Shown one piece after another: positions 57,512-64,000 of a stretch of DNA of 64,000 nt (positions are counted from its first letter, which is position 1; each line of letters begins with the position of its first letter). Source of the stretch: Acidimicrobiales bacterium. GTDB lineage: Bacteria; Actinomycetota; Acidimicrobiia; Acidimicrobiales; Poriferisodalaceae. The notes beneath the pieces are model-generated. The model did not search any database. It was not told the DNA's origin and saw only the letters and a program-made list of their open reading frames with translations. Location: assembly GCA_965116715.1 (NCBI GenBank), contig OZ220724.1, positions 156,963-220,962 on the forward strand, written 5' to 3'. The translations under genes and the position numbers were made by a program.

Positions 57512-58825
57512 ATGGCCGTGACGCGCCTTGGGTTCCTGCTGGACAGCGGCGCGTGCATCGGCTGCCACGCGTGCACCGTGGCGTGCAAGAGCGAGCACGA
57601 TGTGCCGCTCGGCGTCAACCGCACGTGGGTCAACTACGTCGAGACCGGTGAGTTCCCGCAGACGCAGCGGCACTTCGCAGTGATGCGCTGCAACCACTGC
57701 GACGATGCACCCTGCATCGCGATCTGCCCGACCGGAGCGCTGTTCCGGGCGTCCAACGGCGTGGTGGACTTCGACGACTCCCGCTGCATCGGCTGCAAGG
57801 GCTGCATGAACGCGTGCCCGTACGACGCGCTGTACATCTCGCCGGCGACGGGCACGGCGCACAAGTGCAACTTCTGCCAGCACCGCCTCGAGGTCGGACT
57901 CGAGCCCTCGTGCGTGTCGGTCTGCCCGACTCGGGCAATCACCGTGGTCGATCACGATGACCCGGCGGACCCGGCCGCAGATCGCATCCGCTCCGAGAAT
58001 CTGCCGGTACGGGCGCCTGAGCGGCGCACCCTGCCGAAGGTGCACTACGCCGGCACCGTGCCCGAGGCCCTGGACCCGCTGGCTCGACCGGTGGCCGACG
58101 ACGGGTTGATCTGGGCGGACTGGACCGGCAGCGCCTCCTGGCCCGCCGCCGCGCCCGCAGCGCCGGCGGCACGCACGGCCTACACGGTGCCGCACGACGA
58201 GCCGTGGGGCACAAAGGTGGCCGGCTACATGGTCACGAAGGGCGTGGCGGCCGGCGTGATGCTGTGGGCCGCTGCCGCTGCGCTGCTGGGCTGGGACGAT
58301 CGTGCCGCAGTCGCCACGGGCCCCGCCGTGATCGCCTTGGTGGCGCTGGCGGTGACGGGCGTGCTGCTCATTGCCGACCTGAAGCGGCCTGAGCGTTTCT
58401 GGTACCTGTTTGCCAAGGGACGGCTTCGCAGCTGGATCACTGCAGGAGCGTGGGTGATCATGATCGACGCAGCGCTGGTGACGCTGTGGGGCATCGCGGG
58501 CCTGTGGGGAGGCTCGACTTGGTTTGTGGCGCTGATCGGCCCGACGGCGGTGTTCTCGGTGCTGACCGCTGCCTACACCGCATTGCTGCTGCGCCAATGC
58601 CGCGGCCGGGTGCAGTGGGCAGATCGATCAGCGTCGGCGCTCATCGGCCGGCTGGTCGCCGAAGCGCTGCTGGCCGGAGGCGTGGTGTGGGCGGCCTTCC
58701 TTGCGCTGCGAGCCAACCCGATTGCCTTCATGTGGGCCCCGGTGGTGGCCGCAGGGGTTCTGGTGTGGCTGTGGTGGCATGACCGGGAGTTCCTGCGTGC
58801 AGCACAGGCGGTTCCCCTCTCATGA
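57512..58825 (+). CDS. four-cluster [4Fe-4S] subunit fused to a membrane anchor of about 6 TM helices (DmsB/TtrB-like plus NrfD/TtrC-like)
   Basis: Four Cys groups are present (CIGCHACTVAC, CNHCDDAPCIAIC, CIGCKGCMNAC, CNFC...CVSVC). They are followed by about six hydrophobic helices in the same ORF. Confidence 0.8.
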   Translation: MAVTRLGFLLDSGACIGCHACTVACKSEHDVPLGVNRTWVNYVETGEFPQTQRHFAVMRCNHCDDAPCIAICPTGALFRASNGVVDFDDSRCIGCKGCMNACPYDALYISPATGTAHKCNFCQHRLEVGLEPSCVSVCPTRAITVVDHDDPADPAADRIRSENLPVRAPERRTLPKVHYAGTVPEALDPLARPVADDGLIWADWTGSASWPAAAPAAPAARTAYTVPHDEPWGTKVAGYMVTKGVAAGVMLWAAAAALLGWDDRAAVATGPAVIALVALAVTGVLLIADLKRPERFWYLFAKGRLRSWITAGAWVIMIDAALVTLWGIAGLWGGSTWFVALIGPTAVFSVLTAAYTALLLRQCRGRVQWADRSASALIGRLVAEALLAGGVVWAAFLALRANPIAFMWAPVVAAGVLVWLWWHDREFLRAAQAVPLS

Positions 58826-61707
58826 ACGAGCCCCCCGTGAGCGAGCAGGATTCCCCGCCAGGTCCAGCGGTGCAACTCGGTTCCGCCGCTCCACACGACC
58901 GATGGCATGACTGGTCGGAGCTGGACGCCGCGGCGTGGCCGGAACGCGTCGAGCGCAACTACACCCTGGTGCCCACCACCTGCTTCAACTGCGAGGCGGC
59001 GTGCGGCCTGGTCGCGTACATCGACCGCGACACCGACGAGGTCGTTCGTTTCGAAGGCAACCCCGAGCATCCCGCCTCCCGGGGTCGCAACTGCGCCAAG
59101 GGTCCTGCCACGATCAACCAGGTTCACGACACCGAGCGCATCCTGTACCCGCTGCGTCGGACGGGTGAGCGCGGCGGCGGCGGGTGGGAACGTGTCAGCT
59201 GGGACGAAGCGCTGACCGAGATCGCTGCGCGCATCCGGACGGCCATTGTCGAGGGCCGCCGCGACGAGATCATGTACCACGTCGGCCGGCCGGGCGAAGA
59301 CGGCTACACCGAGCGTGTGCTCACCGCGTGGGGCATCGACGGGCACAACAGCCACACCAACGTCTGCTCCTCCAGCGCCCGGGTCGGGTACGCGACGTGG
59401 ATGGGCCACGATCGGCCCTCGTCGGACTTCGCCAATGCCGAGGTGATCTTCCTGATCTCGAGCCACCTCGAGGCTGGGCACTACTTCAACCCGCACGCCC
59501 AGCGCATCATCGAGGCCCAGCAGCGGGGAGCGACGGTGATCTGCGTCGATCCGAGGCTGTCGAACACGGGCGCCAAGGCCGATCACTGGCTGCCGGCGTG
59601 GCCCGGCACCGAACCGGTCCTGCTGCTGAGCCTGGCCCACCTGTTGCTGGAAGCCGGCACGTGGGACCGCGCCTTCGTTCACCGCTGGGCGAACTGGCAG
59701 ACCTACCTGGCCGAGACCCGGCCCGACTTGCCGCCGACCTTCGAGTCGGTGGAAGTGGCGCTGCGCGACGCATACGCCGAGTACACCCCGGAGCGAGCTG
59801 CAGAGCTGTGCGGGGTGGACGCGGATGAGCTGCGCGAGATCGCGCGCGCCATCGGCGGTGCGCTGGGACGCTTCGCATCCCACAACTGGCGCGCCGCCGG
59901 CGCGGGCAACCTCGGCGGCTGGCAGACCGCACGATGCCTGTTCCTGCTCAACGTGCTCACCGGGTCGGTCGGCACCGTGGGGGGCACCACCGGTGCTGGC
60001 TGGCACAAGATGAAGCCGGCGCCGCCGCTGCGGCCGCCGCCGGTGGAGCACTGGAACGAGCTGTCGTGGCCGCGTGAGTACCCGCTCTGCCACCACGAGA
60101 TGTCGATTTTGCTGCCGCACTTCCTGCGCGAGGGCAGGGGCAAGCTCGACACGTACTTCACCCGCGTCTACAACCCGGTGTGGACGAACCCCGACGGGTT
60201 CAGCTGGCTCGAGACGCTGAGCGACCCCGAACGGGTGGGCTGTCATGTTGCGCTGACGCCGACGTGGTCGGAGACCGCCTGGTTTGCCGACTACGTGCTG
60301 CCGATGGGCGTGGGCTCGGAACGCCATGACCTGGCATCGTTCGAGACGCATGCAGGCCAGTGGCTGGGCTTCCGCCAGCCGGTGATGCGCCGCTATGCCG
60401 AACTGCGGGGGGCCGAGCTCGGCCCCGAGACCCGCACCCACGAATTCAACCCAGGCGAGGTCTGGGAGGAGAACGAGTTCTGGATCGACCTGTCGTGGCG
60501 GATCGATCCCGATGGCTCGCTCGGCATCCGGCAGTGGTTCCAGAGCCCATCGCGCCCGGGCGAGCCCATCAGCATCGACGAGTACTACGAGGCGATCTTC
60601 GCCGACGAGGTGCCGGGCCTGGCCGACGACGCGGCTGCTGCGGGGCAGACGCCGCTCGAGTTCATGCGCGACCGGGGCGCCTACGCCGTGCGCGGCGATC
60701 CCTACGGCCACCACGAGCGGGTCGTGCAGCCGGCGCAGCTCGCCGGCACGGTGCTGGGCGACGATGCCGTCTACCGGCCGTCGCGTGACACCCTCCGCGG
60801 CGCCGCCGCGTCGCTGCCGCCGCTCGGCGACGGCTCAGTGGCGGTGCAGGTTGCAGGGGCGGCCCGTCAGGGGTTCCCGACGCCCTCGCGCAAGCTGGAG
60901 CTGTATTCCACGACGCTGGCCGAATGGGGCTGGCCTGAGCATGCGACACCCGGCTGGATTCCCAGCCATGTCCACTGGCAGCAGCTCGACCTGGCCGGCA
61001 ACGAGCGGATCCTGGTGCCGACGTTCCGCATCCCGACGCTCATCCACACCAGGTCGGCGAACGCCAAGTGGCTGGCGGAGATCAGTCACCGCCATCCGCT
61101 GTGGATCCACCCGTCCGATGCCGAGGCGCTCGGCATCGAGGTGGGCGGCCTCGTGCGCATCAGCACCCGCATCGGCCATTTCGTCATCTCGGCCTGGCGC
61201 ACCGAGGGCATCCGGCCCGGAGTGGTGGCAGCCTCGCACCACATGGGTCGCTGGCGACTGGATTCCGGCGAGCCTTCCGGCGGATCGGCTGGCCGCGCTG
61301 ACGGCGGCGGACCGAAGTCCTGGGCTGGCGGTCCGGCGGAGATCGATCGAGACGGCACTACGTGGCGGCTGCGGCGCCGGGGAACGATGGCACCGTTCGC
61401 TTCCGACGACCCCGACTCTGAACGGGTGTGGTGGAACGACACCGGCGTCCACCAGAACCTCACGTTCTCGGTGCAGCCCGACCCGATCTCGGGCATGCAG
61501 TGCTGGCACCAACGGGTGCGGGTGAAACCGGCCGAGCCCGGCGACAGCTACGGCGATGTCGTGGTCGACACCGCGCTGGCTCGTGAGGCGTACGAGGAAT
61601 GGCTGGCGATGACGCGACCGGCCCCCGGCCCCGGCGGGCTGCGTCGCCCGACGTGGCTGGCGCGCCCGATGAAGCCTCGCGCTGAGGTCTACCGGCTCAG
61701 CTCCTGA
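58822..61707 (+). CDS. molybdopterin (bis-MGD) oxidoreductase catalytic subunit, 961 aa, with no Tat signal
   Basis: The ATG overlaps the upstream stop (ATGA). An N-terminal FS0 motif (CFNCEAACG...C) and an MopB-type sequence are present. There is no twin-arginine leader. Confidence 0.85.
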   Translation: MNEPPVSEQDSPPGPAVQLGSAAPHDRWHDWSELDAAAWPERVERNYTLVPTTCFNCEAACGLVAYIDRDTDEVVRFEGNPEHPASRGRNCAKGPATINQVHDTERILYPLRRTGERGGGGWERVSWDEALTEIAARIRTAIVEGRRDEIMYHVGRPGEDGYTERVLTAWGIDGHNSHTNVCSSSARVGYATWMGHDRPSSDFANAEVIFLISSHLEAGHYFNPHAQRIIEAQQRGATVICVDPRLSNTGAKADHWLPAWPGTEPVLLLSLAHLLLEAGTWDRAFVHRWANWQTYLAETRPDLPPTFESVEVALRDAYAEYTPERAAELCGVDADELREIARAIGGALGRFASHNWRAAGAGNLGGWQTARCLFLLNVLTGSVGTVGGTTGAGWHKMKPAPPLRPPPVEHWNELSWPREYPLCHHEMSILLPHFLREGRGKLDTYFTRVYNPVWTNPDGFSWLETLSDPERVGCHVALTPTWSETAWFADYVLPMGVGSERHDLASFETHAGQWLGFRQPVMRRYAELRGAELGPETRTHEFNPGEVWEENEFWIDLSWRIDPDGSLGIRQWFQSPSRPGEPISIDEYYEAIFADEVPGLADDAAAAGQTPLEFMRDRGAYAVRGDPYGHHERVVQPAQLAGTVLGDDAVYRPSRDTLRGAAASLPPLGDGSVAVQVAGAARQGFPTPSRKLELYSTTLAEWGWPEHATPGWIPSHVHWQQLDLAGNERILVPTFRIPTLIHTRSANAKWLAEISHRHPLWIHPSDAEALGIEVGGLVRISTRIGHFVISAWRTEGIRPGVVAASHHMGRWRLDSGEPSGGSAGRADGGGPKSWAGGPAEIDRDGTTWRLRRRGTMAPFASDDPDSERVWWNDTGVHQNLTFSVQPDPISGMQCWHQRVRVKPAEPGDSYGDVVVDTALAREAYEEWLAMTRPAPGPGGLRRPTWLARPMKPRAEVYRLSS

Positions 61708-61718
61708 CGGCGGGGGCG

Positions 61719-62471
61719 TCAGCTCGGCTTGTGCGCCTTGCGGGAGCCTGCCTCCCAGTCCTCCATCTCGGGCGCGTCCGTGATGGTGCCCAGCACGTTC
61801 AGCTGCGGGGCTTCGCGCAGCGAACGCTTCAGCTCAGCAAAGCCCGGGAAGCGCGCCAGCTCGATGACGGCGTTCCACAGCGGCACGGCCTGCTCGTCGG
61901 AGGGCACCCGCGAGATCACCGGGCCGAAGAACGACAGGCCGTCGGGCGGCTCGAACGTGATGATCGGCGTGCCGACGTCTCGTCCGGTGCGGCTCAGGGC
62001 GAGCTCTGTCTCGGCTTCGATTTCGGCATCCCACGTCTCGTCGTCGACCGTTGCAGCGAAGTCCGTCGGCAGACCGGCAGTAGCCAGCGCCTCTGCCGTG
62101 TGCTCGGCCGTGCCGATGCGATCCCGCAGGCCCGAGCCCTTGGGCATCTCCCAGTAGTGCTGGCCCATCGCGTCGTACAGCGGGCCCATGACGTCACGAC
62201 CCAGTTCGGCTCGCACCTTGGCGGCGACGCGCAGCATCCGCAGGCCCGCGGTATGGCCCTGCTCGTACCCGGCGGGAAACTCGGTGGCGTAGTCGCGGTC
62301 CTTGTTCAGGATGCGCAGCGAGATGAAACGCCAGTCCACCGAGTAGCCCGTCTGGGCAACCACCTTCTCGACCCAGCGCGACGTGATCCAGGCAAAGGGG
62401 CACACCGGATCCCAGAAGAACTCGAGGTCGGGAGGTGCCTCAGCGCCTCCGCCTGCCCGTGTAGTACTCAT
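61719..62471 (-). CDS. DsbA-fold protein of the mycothiol-dependent Rv2466c type
   Basis: FFWDPVCPFAWITSRWVEKV...SLRILNKDRDY...GTPIITFEPP...FFGPVISRVP parallels Rv2466c-like proteins. The active site reads CPFA rather than CPWC. Confidence 0.75.
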   Translation of the reverse strand: MSTTRAGGGAEAPPDLEFFWDPVCPFAWITSRWVEKVVAQTGYSVDWRFISLRILNKDRDYATEFPAGYEQGHTAGLRMLRVAAKVRAELGRDVMGPLYDAMGQHYWEMPKGSGLRDRIGTAEHTAEALATAGLPTDFAATVDDETWDAEIEAETELALSRTGRDVGTPIITFEPPDGLSFFGPVISRVPSDEQAVPLWNAVIELARFPGFAELKRSLREAPQLNVLGTITDAPEMEDWEAGSRKAHKPS

Positions 62472-62503
62472 GCGCGCATGGCTAGCACATCGGCTCTGTC
62501 GAC

Positions 62504-63448
62504 ATGAGTGGCCGCGACAGCGACGTGCCGGCGCCGGAACTGGTCGAGGTGGCCGACGGCGTCGAGCTCGCGCTGCATCGACTGGGCGGCGACGGGCCGC
62601 CGCTGCTGTTCGTGCACGCCACCGGCTTCAACGGCCGAACCTACGGTCCGCTCACGAGCCGCCTGACCGAGCACTTCACCGTCTGGGCGCCTGACCTGCG
62701 CGCTCACGGCTGGAGCCCGCCGCCCGCTGATCGGGACTTCCTCTGGACGACGCTGGCCAATGACCTGCTGGGCATCGTGGACCATTTGGGCATCGCTCAC
62801 GGCGAACTGGACTGCGTCGGGCATTCCATCGGCGCAGCGACGCTGCTGCTGGCCGATGCGCAGCGGCCCGGCACCATCCGGCGCATGTACGGCTACGAAC
62901 CGGTCGTGTGGCGTATCGAAGACCAATTCGGCCCGGGAGAGAACCCGTTGATCGCGCTCACCACGAAGCGCCGGGAGACATTCGCCTCACGCGGCGAAGC
63001 CTTCGAGCGATTCGCAGCGCGCCCGCCGTTCAGCGGTGTGCGAGCCGATGCGCTGGCGAGCTACGTCGCCCATGGGTTCGAGGACCTGCCCGACGGCGCC
63101 GTGCGGCTGCGCTGCCGTGCCGCAGACGAGGCAGCGACCTATGACGGCGAGTGGGTCTCCACGACGGTTCGACTCGAGGGCAGCCACACGCCGGTCGTCA
63201 TCGGCAAGGGATTGGAGATGACCTTCGAGGACGTCGGGGTGCCCGCGCATGAGGTGTTGAAGAACTCCCGGCTCATCACCTACCACGGCCTGGGACACTT
63301 CGGGCCGTTCGAAGCGCCCGATGTGGTTGCGTCAGACGCATTGGCGACGGTGCAAGAAGCTGAGCCGGCAGGCGAAGCTGTGGCCCGAGCGGCCCGTGAG
63401 CGAAGCGAACAAGAGCGGAAAGCAAGTGGTGCTCATGTGGAGGGCTGA
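62504..63448 (+). CDS. alpha/beta hydrolase (the last about 22 codons are read through the 37-nt repeat)
   Basis: It has LLFVHATGF and the nucleophile elbow GHSIGA. The C-terminal VARAARERSEQERKASG is encoded by repeat copy 4. Confidence 0.75.
   Translation: MSGRDSDVPAPELVEVADGVELALHRLGGDGPPLLFVHATGFNGRTYGPLTSRLTEHFTVWAPDLRAHGWSPPPADRDFLWTTLANDLLGIVDHLGIAHGELDCVGHSIGAATLLLADAQRPGTIRRMYGYEPVVWRIEDQFGPGENPLIALTTKRRETFASRGEAFERFAARPPFSGVRADALASYVAHGFEDLPDGAVRLRCRAADEAATYDGEWVSTTVRLEGSHTPVVIGKGLEMTFEDVGVPAHEVLKNSRLITYHGLGHFGPFEAPDVVASDALATVQEAEPAGEAVARAARERSEQERKASGAHVEG
63382..63418 (+). repeat. 37-nt repeat, copy 4
   Basis: It is identical to the copy 1 core. The 5' flank GGCGAAGCTGT also matches the copy 2 flank GGCGAAGCCGT. 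Confidence 0.85.
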
Positions 63449-63466
63449 CCTGACGGCTGTGCCAGC

Positions 63467-64000
63467 TCAGGAACCGGTGGCCACACATTCCGAGACGAAG
63501 TCGACCAGATAGTCGGCGATGCGCTCGGGCTGGTCGCGATGCGCGACGTGGCCGCAATCGGCGAGCAGGTGGCCGGTCGCGTTCGGCGCTGACTGGACGA
63601 TCGTCGACACCTGCGCTTCGGTTCCGTACTGGTCGCCCTCGCCCTGCAGCACCAGGACCGGGCAGGCGATGCGCTCGAGCAGCGGTCGGATGTCCCAGTG
63701 GCGAAACCGCGGGGTCAGCCAGACGTCTCGCCAGCGCTCGAAGGCGAGGCGCGGATGGTCGTGGTGGCGCGCTAGCCCCGAGATCACCTGCTCGCGCTGG
63801 CCGTCGATGCTGCGTATGCCGTCAATGCAGATGTCCTCGATGAACGAGTGCGGCGCAATCACGGCCACGCCGAGCGGCATCACCGACCCGAGCCCGGCTG
63901 CGATCAGCGAGATGGATGCACCGTCGCTGTGGCCGATGAGGATGGTGCGACCGATGCCGAGTTGGTCGAGCACGACGGGCAGCGCCTCGGTGGCCTCGCG
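63467..64000 (-). CDS. alpha/beta hydrolase, partial (5' end lies outside the window)
   Basis: The elbow GHSDGA and the C-terminal GHVAHRD (catalytic His) are present. The frame stays open to the window edge. Confidence 0.7.
   Translation of the reverse strand, partial: REATEALPVVLDQLGIGRTILIGHSDGASISLIAAGLGSVMPLGVAVIAPHSFIEDICIDGIRSIDGQREQVISGLARHHDHPRLAFERWRDVWLTPRFRHWDIRPLLERIACPVLVLQGEGDQYGTEAQVSTIVQSAPNATGHLLADCGHVAHRDQPERIADYLVDFVSECVATGS

Noticed and set aside
58573-60714. A 713-aa minus-strand ORF.
   Set aside because: It is antisense to the molybdopterin oxidoreductase and FeS genes. The translation is Arg/Gly/Pro-rich and has no motifs.

Overview
This is a 64-kb, very G+C-rich chromosomal segment. 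Several gene products point to Actinomycetota: FbiC/F420 genes, a mycothiol-type Rv2466c-like protein, monomeric IDH and DUF3151. Finer taxonomy cannot be assigned from sequence alone. Most of the window is densely packed core and accessory metabolism. It holds the pyk 3' end, mobA, rnd, glcDEF, ccdA/tlpA-like genes, hxlR-fbiC, tkt-tal, argG and icd. It also holds a catabolic cluster (TcuA-like, Ldh2, TauD, FadB, IlvE, HD-oxygenase-like), a vapBC pair, a fused oxoprolinase, ribH, several hydrolases and oxidoreductases, an opuA/proVWX betaine transporter and a three-domain molybdoenzyme. Two stretches look foreign. (1) About 21.0-28.1 kb is visibly lower in G+C and sits beside a degenerate tRNA-like element. 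It carries a methyltransferase plus a PD-(D/E)xK-like partner, an 833-aa orphan protein with a NERD-like nuclease core, a 212-aa unknown and a small lipoprotein. This is the best candidate here for an uncharacterised defence module. (2) About 49.1-51.8 kb is a 2.7-kb insertion bracketed by roughly 304-bp direct repeats of the SDR/proX junction. It contains a small serine recombinase, an IS982-type element nested in a secreted-protein gene, and a small lipoprotein. A 37-nt repeat occurs four times in the same orientation. No rRNA, CRISPR array or canonical tRNA was found. Many long ORFs in the track are antisense or out-of-frame shadows typical of high-GC DNA and were not called. All functional calls rest on motif and family recognition by eye, with no database search.
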